DNA of 64,000 nucleotides, from assembly GCF_009914755.1 (NCBI RefSeq), contig NC_060940.1, one strand, 5' to 3'. The notes beneath the pieces were generated by a model. That model had not been told where the DNA came from. It ran no database searches and saw only the letters and a program-made list of their open reading frames with translations. A program made the translations under genes and the position numbers. Positions 1 through 14,260 of the stretch are shown here, piece by piece (within the stretch, counting starts at the first letter, position 1; each line of letters begins with the position of its first letter). Source of the stretch: the human T2T-CHM13v2.0 reference genome, Homo sapiens.

Positions 1-249
1 TTGAATGCATCCAAGACAGAGGGCATGTGCCCTGTTTGGAGTGTTGGTAGAGATATGAGTTAATTTATATAAAATGACAGAATAAATTTGCTCAATCTTA
101 AAAAAAAATAAAGCTGACCATGCATTTACAATTTACTTCAGCTGCTAACTTGTGATTAGGGCATCACTAGAGACTTCTATCATAAACCATTTGCTTAATA
201 AAATAGCCTGAATAGCAAGGACTCCAGATTTTTCCTTTTTTTAGATATT

Positions 250-365
250 CTTTTTGAATTCTTATTTTTAATTGACAATTATTGTACATATTTACAGGGT
301 ATAATGTAATATTTAAATACATGTTTACATTGTGGGATGATTAATACACACTAATTAACACATCT
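250..365 (-). mobile_element. Old L1 (L1MA-like) 3' UTR fragment
   Basis: T-rich tail followed by 'attgtacatatttacagggtataatgtaatatt', resembling a reverse L1MA 3' end. Confidence 0.55.
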
Positions 366-1244
366 AGGTTTTTCTCTTTTGTGGAATAGATTTGCCTAAA
401 CCTACAAAATGGCAAGCCACAGCTTGGTGCAGAAAATTCTGTTTAGCAGCAAGACTACAAGTCATGTCATGTTTTGTTTTTCTGTGTTTTATATATGGAG
501 ATGTATTAGGACACAGAGATGTGCTGAGTAGTCTCTTTTCCAAGAGAACATGTAAATGAAGCTTGATGTAATAGTTTAGTAGTACATTCTGGTGGTTGAC
601 AGCATCCTCATAGGACTCTCCCAGACATAGGTATGGAAAGTTCTGGTGCTAAAGGCTGGTTCTGGGACCCAGAAGTAGGGAAAGGTATCTTACATGATGC
701 CACCAAGGAAAGGTTTAGCAAGAAGTAAGAGATTTTTCAAGAATAGTGTCAAGGCTGGAAAATTGGAACAAAGACTATCTTAGAACCAGATAGAACTGGT
801 CACTGAATTACTTTTCCCTGGACTATCACTTCCTTTCTCCACATTTCTCAGTCATCGATTTGGGAATCACAGAATGTGAACAAAGGCAGCTCATCTTGAG
901 TGATGTTCCATCCAGAGAGGACTGAGGCCTGTGTAAATAAGACAGTGTCTAGAATGTTTATTTCCACCAGTGTTCATGTTCTCTGCAGAGATCTAAGTGA
1001 CCTCTGACACTTTTCTCTGATTTCCACTTGGCTAGTTTTCTGTGATTAGTGGAGTCTTTCTGAACAGAATCATTTTCTACTCACAATCTCTTTCTTGTTT
1101 AGCATCAATTTCTAAGGCACAGGATAATAGTATTTAAGAATTAGTCCCTTATGCTTCCAAATACTGTAATCATACCTCCAGCGTCAACTGCCTAACAAAA
1201 GCCACACAAAAGACTAATGTTGAACATTTCAGGTGTCTTAAATT

Positions 1245-1720
1245 GGCATCTATCAGAAGCAGAGCCTGGATGAACGATTCAGGTATAACTGAAATGTGTT
1301 AAGAAAATGATCCTAGGAAGAACTGTTAATAGCAAGGGAGTGAGGAGAGCCAGTCTAGGAGGCAGAGAAGCCAACAAAGAAGTGATTTCAGGTGAAGTCC
1401 CAGATGCACCATCATCCCCAGTAGAGCTTTGAAGAATAAATTACACCTGCATTTACCACATTCTGAGAGAAAGGAAGTGGGCTGTTGTACTCCCCCACCA
1501 GTCATGGGGTGTGGGCCACTCTGGAATTGGGGAAAGGGGGACGGTAAGTTCTCAAGTGTTTCTGGGTCTTCCCATGGGTATGGAAGCTCCAGTGCCCAAA
1601 GAGCCACCCTCAGCAATTTGCAAGTCTAAGACGTTAAGGGCAAAGCACAGAAAAGCTGAATGATGGTTCCAAAGATGTGCTAAAATGAATTTCATGGGAT
1701 CTTAGCAGGGTACCAACCAT
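1245..1720. mobile_element. Ancient ERVL-type solo LTR (LTR33/LTR16-like), degenerate
   Basis: 'agaagcagagcctggatgaacgattc...tgatcctaggaag...gaagccaacaaag' resembles the recalled consensus; boundaries approximate. Confidence 0.4.
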
Positions 1721-2199
1721 TTTATCCATAAAAATAAGGACTTTAATTATGTCAAATATTGATAGACAGACACACAGAGATAGATCTTTGTGCAGAGAAG
1801 AAGGCTTTGGAGTAAGAGTAGAAAATCACAGCTGCACTAAAAAAGGTAATTTATATTCAAGTAAATTGTGAATTTAGCACCTTTATAGAAATTAATGGAG
1901 ACATAATAAACTTAGGTTCCTCAATGTAGATAGGCAGAACTGTCACTTGCATTATTGGAGCTGAATTGATGAACTCAATTGAGTTTTTAGGATAAAGCCA
2001 ACCTATGAATGCTTTGAATTCTTCACATACCTGATACATGGGTCATAGAGTCTCACATTTTAGAAAAGGAAGAATCTTTGGGATTTATCTGGCCCAGGTG
2101 ATCTTGTGGGTTGTATACGCAAACTGAAATTCAGAAATGGTAATAACTTTTTGCAGGCACATAGCAAATGTGATGTCATCACAAGTTATTATAAAGAGT

Positions 2200-2790
2200 G
2201 CTCTAAGACTCATTGCTATTACTTGGTTGTAGTCCTTACCATCTTTTATCAGGATTCCTAAAACACCTAACCAATACCAGGCTCACTACCATCCAATCCA
2301 TTCTCCACATTGTACCAAGGGCTAAAGCTGTTCTTTTAAACACTTTGGTTGCTTTATTTGTATTTACTGTGGACCTTCCTTCCTTCTCATGTACTTCTCT
2401 ACCTCTCTAGTCTCCCCTCCCAATCCTAATTCCCTGTAAATCTACATTGAATATACGAATGTACTTGTTTATTTGAAAATGTTCATGTTCCTTCATGCTT
2501 CCATGTCTTTGTACTGGCTGTTCTCTTTTAGAACAGTTTCTGCACTCTCCTAAACTTTAATTGGCTAAAAAAAGTCTAATACTCATAGAAATGTTTTTGT
2601 CCTTTGTGCTCCCACAATCCCTGTTTATATTTCTTCTACCAGAGGGTATATCACTGATTATTGTCATATTCTGTTGACATCCTTGTCTTTCTCAGCAGAG
2701 TGTATATATTTCCCGAACACATCTTGTGTCTATTCATCATTAGAACAAAGTACCTGGCACATATGAAACATTCAAGTGTACTAATTATTG
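2200..2790 (+). mobile_element. L2 LINE 3' fragment
   Basis: 'atccaatccattctccaca' and terminal 'gtacctggcacata' L2 motifs. Confidence 0.55.
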
Positions 2791-3430
2791 AAAATATGAC
2801 GATGATAATACACATACTGTTGATACACTATTGATCTCTGGAGGATCCAGAAGAGTCATTTCAAAGTGACTATGAAATGTAAAGGTTGGAGTAATAAATC
2901 TGAGTAATAATCCTCTATCTCCCATAATTCACATTGTTAAGAACTTCTCATTGTATTTTGCCATCCAGTAATTGAAGATTCCCATTCAGAATCTCATTGG
3001 GATGCTGCTGTTTGTACACACAAATATCACACTGGTAGGCTGAAGGTTGCTTAAAGGCCCAGAAAACTGAAGTTCTGTATCTTTGCATCTCTGCTCTTAA
3101 GGATACTTTCGATTGCCAGCAGCGACCAGCCAATCCATGAAAGAGAAGTTCTTGGCTCATCTTATTGGGAAGTCTAGAGTTGGTAAAAAGAAAGGCACTG
3201 TCACATAATATATATCAGGCACCTCAAATTGGCATCTTTGATATTTGCTCTTCCTTCTCAACTCTGATGCTCTTAGTTTTCATCATTACATGAAGGCCCT
3301 GTGATAGACATTCAGTTTAGACTAGTGTTATTTTCAAAGAGACTATCGTTGGAGATGAAGGATCTAAAGGTAAAAGGTGTCCTGGTTCCATAAAAAGATT
3401 CCTCAAGCTCCAAAATTCTTATGTAAATTT

Positions 3431-3489
3431 ACACACACACACAAACACACACACACACACACAGAGAGACAGAGAGAGAGAGAGAGAGA
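3431..3489. repeat. Compound (CA)n(GA)n microsatellite
   Basis: Directly visible. Confidence 0.95.
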
Positions 3490-3859
3490 AAGTTGAAGTA
3501 CATTTCTGCACATATGCATAGGATTTTTCAGAGAGAAAATACCCTGTCATAAGTGGGATTATTTAGTCTCACTAACATACATGGAACCTTGGAAAATTTT
3601 CAGGATGACTATCAGGCCTGCAATCCTCCTATATGGCATGGCTTTTATAAAACGGAATATTAGGGTTTTCAAAGACGTTGGCATGTCACTTATTTATGTA
3701 TTTATTTTTAAAAATTTTATGTAGACTTTGATGATGCCAGTGGAAGCTGTCCGAGGAGATATATTCAAAAGTTTCACATAGAGATATTTTTAAATATCAG
3801 AGAGTGGCATCTTAATTTGAAAGTAAGTGAACTAGAAGCTATGAAATCCTGAGCTGATA

Positions 3860-3990
3860 GTTAAAATGGAGGCTAGTGTCAACTTTACCTCTTACTAGTT
3901 ACATGACCATAAGAAGTCATTTTAACCCTCCTGTATACAGTTTATGTACCAGCAAAATAAGGATAATATCCACGTCATGGAGTTGTTATC
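3860..3990 (+). mobile_element. MIR SINE fragment
   Basis: 'cttactagttacatgacc...aagtcattttaacc...aaaataaggataata' matches the MIR core. Confidence 0.55.
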
Positions 3991-5249
3991 AGCAATGTCT
4001 AGTAGCTGTAAAAGAGAGAGAAGTGCTAATATATTTTTTGTGTATGTGTAGATTATTAATATTTTTATTAATCTCAAGACTAGAAATTTTTAATTCATCT
4101 TTTTTCACACTTGTTTATGTCTTAAATAGCTTGATGTTCTTAGCATAGATGTGCAAGCGTTCTTTATCTTGTTTGTTTTTCTGGAAATAAGTGAAATGAA
4201 TTTAGGGAGAGACAGAAGCAAGAGAAGAAAAATCATGATTCAAAGAGTTCACTTTTATGCACTTAGAATACAAGAAGTTACAAATAGTATTCAAAATGTA
4301 TATTATTTCCACCAAAAGCCCTTGGAGATGTAACAAAGTGCTAATTGTCTTCACAGATTAGCTTCATCATAAAATGTCTATGCCGCGAGGACCCTTAAAA
4401 GCAGCTAGTGGAGGATGTAAAAAATGCACAATGTACCTCCTCTTGTGTCCCTTTCTTGTTCTCATGGAAGACATAACTTATCCATTTTCAGGTACCTTGC
4501 TTCACAGTTATTTTCTATTATTCTATCTTATGCTTCCTTTACAATGCCATAGAAATAATATCAATCTACCATCCCAAAATAATCCAACCTGCGTATGGTA
4601 CTGATGAAAATTGGAATCAACTGCCTAGGGGCAAACAACAACACACAACAACACACAACAACAACAAAAGCAGGGCCGGAGTTAGAATACAGACTTCCTG
4701 ATACCCATTTATAAGGAAAGGATTTAAAACAAAGTTACAAAACCAAAACAAATGTTAGGAACAAAAGTGCATGTGGTGACCTCCAGACTTTCGTTCCTTT
4801 GGGCATCAGATAAAAATCCTATGCATCTGCTGTATTAACATGTCATGGAGAACACTGTCTGTGCTGGTTACAGAAAGAAGTACCAAACAAGCTGCAATGT
4901 ATATTCAATCAATAAACCATGTTGTAAAGAAAAATGTTCAGCTAGAATTTGGCTTGGAGGAAAGTAGGCTCATTTCTTCTTTTTTAATTTAAGAGTTAAC
5001 AAAGACTTTTTTTTTCAGTTGATAGGCTGTCTGATAAACCAGAGATGTGATTTGATTATGTATGTGGGTTTTCTACTGGGAGAAAAGTAACCTCGATAAT
5101 AGAACCAACTCAATAGTGTACAATAATCTTGTTTGCTAACTTTTCAAAAAGACTCTGTTAGAAGAAAACACTGTTATGGGTGAAACTCATATAGTATTTA
5201 TAAGCCTAAAAATAGTCTAATTGTTTTTAAATTTACAAATTCAACAAAT

Positions 5250-5355
5250 CGCTGAGTCTTGGATTGGGGAAATAACTCACCCAGGGTCACATAACTGGTG
5301 GCAGAGCCAAGGATACAGCATTGATTTATATGACTCTGCAGCCCATGCCCTCCCT
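5250..5355 (-). mobile_element. MIR SINE fragment
   Basis: 'aataactcacccagggtcacataactggtggcagagcc' reverse MIR core. Confidence 0.55.
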
Positions 5356-5397
5356 AGCAAGGAGGATACACTACATCTCCATGTGGGGGTTGTGTAT

Positions 5398-5759
5398 TGA
5401 TATGGTTTTGTTGTGTCCCCACCCAAAATCTCATCTGGAATTGTAATCTCCATAATTCCTACGTGTCAAAGGTAGGATCAGGTTTAGGTAATTAAATCAT
5501 GAGACCAGTTTCCCCCATGCTGTTCTCATGAACTTGTGAGTTCTCCCAAGATCTGATGGTTTTATAAACATCTGGCATTTTCCCTGCTGGCATTCATTTT
5601 CTCTCCTGCCACCTTGTGAAGAGGTGACTTCCACCATGATTGTAAGTTTCCTGAGGGCTCCCCAGCTATCAGAAATTGTGAGTCGATTAAATCTTTTTCC
5701 TTTATAAATTACCCAGTCTTGGCTATTTCTTCATGACAGTGTGAGAACAGACTAAGACA
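5398..5759 (+). mobile_element. THE1 (THE1C-like) MaLR solo LTR
   Basis: TGATATGG...AAGACA termini; perfect 5-bp TSD TGTAT (5393-5397, 5760-5764). Confidence 0.92.
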
Positions 5760-6279
5760 TGTATATTACACTAGATTTGTTTATAATGTGTTCAGTTATA
5801 ATGATTTTTCATATATCACTGTATATATGATTTCATGGCAACACATTTAAATTCAAAACTCTTTGAAAGCAATATATGCAGGCGCATAACTCTTAGCTGT
5901 TTAAGATCAAATAAATAAGTGGTTGAAATTCTTCTAAAAAATTTTGAAGTTGCTTATGTGTGAAATATAAATATCTAAATAAATGTATTATAAAATTCTC
6001 ATATGTACTAAATATATACTAAATAATGTATCTAGTATATATACTATTTTATATGTACTGCTATGTGCACATGATTAGACAGTTGTAATTTATACAGTGC
6101 CTCCTCAAAAACATTCATAGAGCTGTTTTGAATTTGCGGGTGATGCAATAGAAAGGCTTCATGGAAACCTTTTATGAGGACAAAGAATTCATTATATACT
6201 TACAGCATCATTTACTTCTTTTAAACATTTATAAAAATTGTAACTCTACATTTATCTAGGTGAGAATATAGTAAAGTAT

Positions 6280-6392
6280 ATCCACCTATTAGTCTGTAAG
6301 TTCCAAGAAGACCAGGTCCTCAATGAGATGTGCTCACTTTTGTGTCTCCAGCATGTAGCAGGTCTAGCACATAATATTCACTCAATAAATCA
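6280..6392 (+). mobile_element. L2 3' terminus
   Basis: 'tagtctgtaagttcca...tagcacataatattcactcaataaat'. Confidence 0.6.
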
Positions 6393-7614
6393 TAGCAAAA
6401 AGAAATAAAGGAATTACTCAGATTTGTATCCAGTCCTTCCAACTTTCTCTCAAGTGGAATTAATCCTATATTTCATGAGAAATACTTTATTATCAATATC
6501 TGCTATATTGCAGTTTTGTAGAAGGAGCAGATTTCTATCTTCTCTTATCTGACTTATAAAAATAGGCACTGGCTGGGTAGTCAGAGAAAATCAGGCATGG
6601 ACACTACTTTACACATAAGCCTGATAATTTATTAAATTCAGTGACTGACTAGCTGAGGATGAATGCAGATGTTGCTCTGATGCCTGACTTGTAATACTTG
6701 TAGAAAGCTCATGTTTATTTGCTGGGAAACCCCTCCCAAATCTGTCTCATTGCAGAGATGGTATGGGTTAGGGAAATCAATAGAATTAAGACATATGAAA
6801 AGAGCCTCAACCTAGTGTTCTGGACAAATAAGTAGATCTGGGATGCAGAAACTAAATCTTCTAATGTCAAGAAACTTTTTAGAAAATTTCTCTAAAAAGA
6901 GATCTTAATATTAAAGTCTACCTCATAGACTCTTTATTTTGTGGACAGGAGAAGGAGGAGGAAAGATTGCTAAATCCAAAGAGTAAAGAGTAAGATTCTA
7001 TAGGTCAGATAATTATTCCAACTCTATTTCAGCTTATTGATAATATATACTTAAATCGATCTTAGAACTGAAGTTAACAAGGCCCACTGCTCTTAGTAAA
7101 TAAAATGCATCTAGATAGTTATATAACTGCTCAGTCCACAATTTTATCTGCAGTATATGCTAATAGTTCTCTCAATATTGCTATATCATTTGTTAAATTG
7201 GAAACCACAAATTAGGTTTTCTCATTACTACCTAAACCACTGGCCAGATTATGGTGTTTTGAAAATATCTAACCCTATCAGTTTTTATCAATGGATCACA
7301 TGTAATAGTTTCTTTGATTAAATGAATTAAATGGCATTTGGGGCTGTCATGTTTTCATTCAGCTTTTCCAATCATTACTTAAATTATATTTCTGTGCATA
7401 CAGCTATATGTTAATTTGCATCCAGAGGTTGTGATAAATTATTAAAATTTGTTAAGGATGTGTATGATTCAAGATTGTATTTTATAAAATGAAGAACACA
7501 CTTTATAGTAGTATTCCCAATTACTGCTAATGACGAATGAGCTTGAGCATGATCTGGTCATGCGTCTATAGACATACTGTGCCTACCCGTGTCTCAGTGA
7601 TAAAAGATTTTCTT

Positions 7615-8150
<536 letters not shown>

Positions 8151-8430
8151 CCTGTGCTGGAATTTTCATGGAGTTGCATTAAAGGTATAGATCAATTTGG
8201 GAAGAATTAAAATCTTTACTATGTTGAGTCTTCCAATCCATGAATCCATATACTCTTGATTTATTTAGAACTTCTTTGATTTTGTTTACAGAATTGTGTA
8301 AGTTTTCAGCACACAGATCCTGTATATACCTAAAAGTTTTATGTTTCAGAGATATTATAGGTGTAATTATTTCAAAATTTTTGGTTTTAAGTCATTTATT
8401 GCTAGTGTTTAGAAATTCAGCTGTGTACAA
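8151..8430 (-). mobile_element. Old L1M ORF2 fragment
   Basis: 'atagatcaatttgggaagaatt...tatgttgagtcttccaatccatgaa' reverse L1 ORF2. Confidence 0.7.
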
Positions 8431-8729
8431 ACATTTGCAGTAATGAAAAAGCTTCTTTGTCACTAGTATTACACAGTACAGCTCTGCTAAAGAGGCTTCT
8501 TTTCATTCTAGGTTTAAATGTCACCTCCTCTTGAGTTCTCCTATTCAGCTCACCTGAAGGACTCATTTTCTTCTCTGAACTCTTTCACTATGTCTCTCCC
8601 TCTCTTTTACATATGATCCTTTTTTACCTTTGCAGACAGTTATTTGGTTGACTGGGTTATTCCTACCAGAACATGTAAGAATCCAGGATTGCCTCTAGAA
8701 TCCTGAGCACTGATTTTAAAAACATTGAC

Positions 8730-8928
8730 AATTATGCATAGTGCTGCAATAAACTTACAGGTTCACGTATCTCTTAAATATATTGATTTTCTTTCCTTTG
8801 GAAAAGAAATATCAGTAGCCAAGATATAGAATCAACCTAAGTGTCCAACAACAAATGAAGAGATAACAAAAAATGTGGTATATATACACAATGGAACACT
8901 ATTCACTCTTTAAAAAATGAAATCCTGT
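8730..8928 (+). mobile_element. L1MA left part: inverted 8730-8802 plus sense 8813-8928, interrupted by the ERV
   Basis: Reverse segment is the L1 sequence immediately upstream of the sense 'tagccaagatatagaatcaacctaag'; resumes at 13799. Confidence 0.8.
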
Positions 8929-9446
8929 TGATGCAGGACATGCAACCCCCAAGATTGGGGCTTAGCCTGTAAGGGTTCTAAGATTCTCTCAGGAAAAAAT
9001 TCAAGGGCAAGTTGGGGGTTGTTCAAAAGCAATCTTTTATTGAACCGAAGCTGTTCCATGTGGAGCAGGGCTAAGAGGCAGTGTGTCTGAAGTCAGCAAG
9101 GTATGGGTTCTTGGTAACTGTATTTATACTCACATAAACCCAGCTTAAATGACATGCAAATTAAGGGGTGGATTATTTAGATTTTTCTGGAAAACAGGCC
9201 ATAACTTCCAGGTCATTGCCTTGGAAAGGGTTGATAACTTCCCGTTTATTGCCATGGCATTTGTAAACTGTCATAGCACCGGTAGGAATGTCTTAATGCT
9301 GATGAGCAGTGAGGACAGCTAGGGATCACTTTCATTTCCATTTGCTGCTTGCTGCTAGTTTCTTTACTTTATCCTATCTGGCCCAGATCCTGTTTTGGTC
9401 AGCAGGGTTGTGACCAGAAAATAAGTTCTGCTTGTCTCCTATGTTA
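8929..9446 (-). mobile_element. 3' LTR of MER66-like ERV
   Basis: Homologous to 13266-13798; a pyrimidine tract (reverse PPT) follows on the internal side. Confidence 0.85.
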
Positions 9447-10536
9447 TTCCCTACCTCAGAGGTTAAATACTCCTCTTTAATATTAATGGGGCTGCAGCAG
9501 GGCAGACGTCTACCTTCTATAACTGCTTCTTGCTGATTTTATGAGTGCAGTCCCGGACTAGCATTGGAGGAGTAAACTTTCTCTGGATACCTGATCTAAG
9601 GAGCTCAGTGGAAGGATGTCTTAATTTTCTGCATCAGAAAATGGGGTGGATTGAAATCCTTGTGCCAGCATCATCTTTATGTGAAATCTAGAAGATACAA
9701 ACTTTAGTAGGAGGCTGAAGAAGAAAATTAAAATTCAAAACAAGAAAAAAATTAATGCTCCTGTGTCCACATTATTTATTTATATGTTTGAAAAAAAACA
9801 GCCTTAAGTTTTCTAGGGTTTATAAGTATAGGTTATGGAGTTCACCTTTTCTGCCTGCAGGGACTCATAAGAAACAGGTTTAATCATAGACAAGTGTACT
9901 CAAGTAGTGACTTTCTGAAGTTTAATTGCAATGGGTGTACTTACTAATATCTGATAATGAAAGGCACTTTTATTTTGGTTGTAATTTATTACCAGAGCAT
10001 CTTTTATTTTTACATTTTTTATAATTATTAGTATGACTAAATTTTTTGGTTGAACAAGGAGCTATTTTTTCTCCTTTGTGGAAAAGGGGAATAGTTTGTT
10101 TTCATTACTTTTGAAAGGCATCATGAACCTGGCCTAAATATCAAGGGGGGCATAGTGAAGTCTCCTGTAATGGCTTAAGTTAGTTTTTCAGGTTTCTTTG
10201 GGACTTCCTTTGGCCAAGGGACACAGAGTCAAAAGATTTATAGCCAATTAAACATTCTAGACCAGGCAGGAATGGAGGTGAGCAGGCACTGATTAACACT
10301 TAAAATCCCTTTAAGCAATATAAGAATCCAAAACCAAAACCCAAAAATAAAGTTACACTTAAAAAAAAAACACAAGAGTATAGAATCAAATTATACTTGG
10401 AGAAAGATCACTTTTATAGACCACTAAGATTAAATATTTTATCATCAGGCCAAAATAACACTCAGAACTGGAGGAGAACAAGTTATAAAAGCTGACAAAG
10501 AAGCTAAAGGAGAGAGCCATTACCCCAGGCCTTTCT

Positions 10537-10821
10537 TTTCTGGAGATAGAGTCTCACTCTGTTGCCAGGCTGGAGTGTGGTGGCACAATCTTGACTCACC
10601 ACAACCTCCACCTTCTGGGTTCAAGCAATTCTCCTGCTTCAGCCTCCTGAGTAGCTGGGACTACAGGCACATGCCATCACAAAAATAATTTTTGTATTTT
10701 TAGTAGAGATGGGGCTTTACCATGTTGGCCAGTATGGTCTCAATCTCTTGACCTCATGATCTGCCCGCCTTGGCCTCCCAAAGTGTTAGGATTACAGGCA
10801 TGAGCCACCATGCCTTGTCCC
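10537..10821 (-). mobile_element. AluSc-like
   Basis: 'ctctgttgccaggctgg' and 'tctcttgacctc'; 16-bp TSD TACCCCAGGCCTTTCT (10521-10536, 10822-10837). Confidence 0.9.
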
Positions 10822-11237
10822 TACCCCAGGCCTTTCTAAAGGGAGAAAGAGCTGAAAGCAAGACACAATAACAGTTGAATCTTTGAGACACGAATATGAG
10901 ATGTACTAAGAGACGATGATTATAGCATTAAAAGCAATATTTCCTGTAATTTGGTGAACCAATCCTTTAAGAAAGTTTGGTTTTAACATGAAGACCATTT
11001 TTTAATAAATTCTATTATAAAAATTTTCTTTTAATTATAGCTAGCTTAATCACATGCAAAATTTCTTTCATAAATCCCCCTTCATAAACCCTGCCATCAC
11101 TTACACTGACCATCTACAACATGCTTTGACTTTCTGACTTGTCCAATACTATTTCTTTCTTAAATAACCAGTTATTTTACCCTAGGACAAGAATTTACTA
11201 CACAATATTCTTTTTGTACAAAATTACTCTTTCTTAG

Positions 11238-11551
<314 letters not shown>

Positions 11552-11565
11552 AAAAAAATAAATTT

Positions 11566-11929
11566 AATGTGGCACATATACACCATGGAATACTATGCAG
11601 TCATAAAAAAGGATGAGTTCATGTCCTTTGCAGAGACATGGATGAAGCTGGAAACCATCATTCTCAGCAAACTAACACAGGAACAGAAAACCAAGCACTT
11701 AATGTTCTCAATCATAAGTGGGAGTTGAACGATGAGAACACATGAATGCAGGGAGTGGAACATCACACACCAGGGCCTGTCATGGGATGCGGGATTAGGG
11801 GAGGGATAGCATTAGGAGAAATACCTAATGTAGATGATGGGTTGATGCATGCAGGAAACTACTGTGGCACATGTATACCTGTGTAACAAACCCACACATT
11901 CTGCACATGTATCCCAGAACTTAAAGCAT
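11566..11929 (+). mobile_element. L1PA (L1PA7/8-like) 5'-truncated 3' end
   Basis: ORF2 end plus 3' UTR ending 'cccagaacttaaag'; TSD AAAAAAATA(A/C)ATTT. Confidence 0.9.
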
Positions 11930-13245
11930 AAAAAAATACATTTTTTATCTATAACATTCTTTACATCTCTATTTTCTTCTCACTGCTTCCCTCATAATTC
12001 GATCCTCCCTTTTAATAACTTCTGAATTAGACAAAAATTATTTCCCACCAATAAACAAATATATTTCTTTGGCACATTTTGAATAAGCCTAGGAAGCAAG
12101 AAATTCTGAACTGCCTATGAGAAACTGGCATTCTATACATGAGAACTATTTTGTAATTCTAAGATTTTAAATGACACAACAAGTTCACTATTTAATTATC
12201 CATTCTATTCAAATGTGTTTAAGTTTTTTACTTTTAATAAAAAGTAATAAAAAGTTAATTGCCATTTAAAGCCATTTTAACCATTCTAAAGCCTACAAAC
12301 ATTAGTGATTTACCTAGGTAAAAATCTTAAATTTTAGAAAACACATTTTCTTCAGCCTAACAAGTTCAGATTAATCCTATTTGTTTAATTATGAGGGTCC
12401 TTTTATTTATAAGCCAGTTTGATAGCATGCTAGACAAAACACACATTACACAAATATTGGGTCAAGATCCCAAGACCTGCAGTAAATTTACTTGAGCAAG
12501 TCAGCATGTTGGGGCTAGTGGAAGAAGGTTGGCCTTAATATTGACGGGGAGTTTATTTATTTTTTTTCTTTCTCACCAGAGAGATGGTTAGGACATTATT
12601 ATTGTCAGTAGCACCTTTTCTTATAGTAAGCACACTGATTCTGACCCAGGGGCCAGAAAATCGAGGGCTCTTATCTGTTTATCCTAGATGCCAATCACAC
12701 AACACTTGCTTGGGATGGGTAATTCTCAGGTGCCAGGGGCTTAAAGCAACTGTTACTAGTTGTGTTTTTTGGTTATTTTTGTTCTTTTTTTCTCACCTCT
12801 TTTGCCCTGTCCCTTTTGTTCTAAACTCTAAAGGTCATATTAAAAGTTGACTCATAGAGATTTGAGGTATTATTGTTGCTTTTATAGCTTCATCATAATG
12901 GATGGAGCAGTGGGTCCCATATGAGGCAGTAGCATTAGGGCCACTCACTCATCTGCTCAGCTCCATGGCCTGCCAGGAAAGATGATGACTCTTAAAGGAG
13001 CCTTTGGCTAGTGTTACAACTCTATAGCATTGATCACCATCTCACTGTTTCTTACCAATTGCTGCCTCTCACTGTTTTGCCATCCCATCAACTGCCACCT
13101 CACCATATCTCCACTGGTGACCAATCACTGCAGTCTCACCTCCTCTCTGCTGATCAGCACTGACTTGCCATCTTACCACCCAATCACTGCCATCTCTGCT
13201 GTGTCTCACAATGGTATCAGTCACTGTCCGTCACTTGCTTTCTTT

Positions 13246-13263
13246 GTCCCCTCATGGTCACCA
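13246..13263 (-). promoter_or_regulatory. Retroviral primer-binding site, tRNA-Arg type
   Basis: Minus strand TGGTGACCATGAGGGGAC vs TGGCGACCACGAAGGGAC (3 mismatches, 2 at CpG), adjacent to the 5' LTR. Confidence 0.75.
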
Positions 13264-13265
13264 AA

Positions 13266-13798
13266 TGGTGCAGGACATGTGAGTCCCCAAACTGGGGCTT
13301 ATCTTGTGTAGGTTCTTAGTTTCTCTCAGGGTAGAATTCAAGGGCAAGCCAGTGTTATTGAACGGAAATCTTTAATTGAACCAGGGCTGCTCCATGTGGA
13401 GCAGGGGTAACTCATGGGCAGTGTGCCCAGAGTCAACAATATATGGGCTGCTGGCAAACTTATTTATACTCATGTAAACCCACTTTCAAGTACATGTAAA
13501 CTGAGGGATGATCAATGCAAATTGTGGGTTGGTTGTTTAGAACTTTCTAGAAAAGGGGAAGTAACTTCTAGGTTATTGCCATGAAAAAAGGTGGTAACTT
13601 CTGGGTTTGTGCCATGGCATTTGTAAACCGCCATGGTGCTGGTGGAGTATCTTATGCTAATTAGCAGTGAGGGCAGTTGAGGATTGCTTTCATCGCCATC
13701 TGCTGGTTCCTGTGGTATCTTCACTTTGTCAGGACAAGATCCTATTTTGGTTAGCAAAGTTGTGACTACAAAGTAAGTCCAGCTGATCTCCTGCCTCA
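13266..13798 (-). mobile_element. 5' LTR of MER66-like ERV
   Basis: TG...CA termini on the minus strand; PBS immediately internal. Confidence 0.85.
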
Positions 13799-14260
13799 CT
13801 ATTATTCACAGAAACATATATGATCCTGGAGGACATTATGTTAAGTAAAAAAAGGCACAGAAAGATAAACATCACATGTTCTCACTCAAATGTGGGAGCT
13901 GAAATAAAGCTGAAATTGAATTCATAGAAGTAGAGAGTAGAATTGTGTTTTTCTGAGGCTGGGAAGATTAGAGAGGAGAGGGATAAAGAGAGAGGTTGGA
14001 TAAAAGATACAAAATTACAGCTAAATAGGAGAAATATGTTCTATTGTTCTATAGTACTGTAGAGTGAACATAGTTAACAATTTATTGTGTATTTTCAAAA
14101 GGCTAGAAGAGAAGATTTTGAACGTTCCCAGTACAAAGAAATAATAGATGTTTGAGGTGACGGACATGCTAATTAACCTAATTTGATCATTACATATATT
14201 AAAATATCACTGTGTATCCCAGAAACATGTATAATTATTATATGTCAACTGAAAAGAAAA
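13799..14260 (+). mobile_element. L1MA 3' end (right part, after the ERV)
   Basis: 'cctggaggacattatgttaagt...' continues collinearly from 8928 to an A-rich tail. Confidence 0.85.

Noticed and set aside
2948-3160. 70-aa ORF MSQELLFHG...
   Set aside because: No recognisable homology or splice support; length is compatible with chance.
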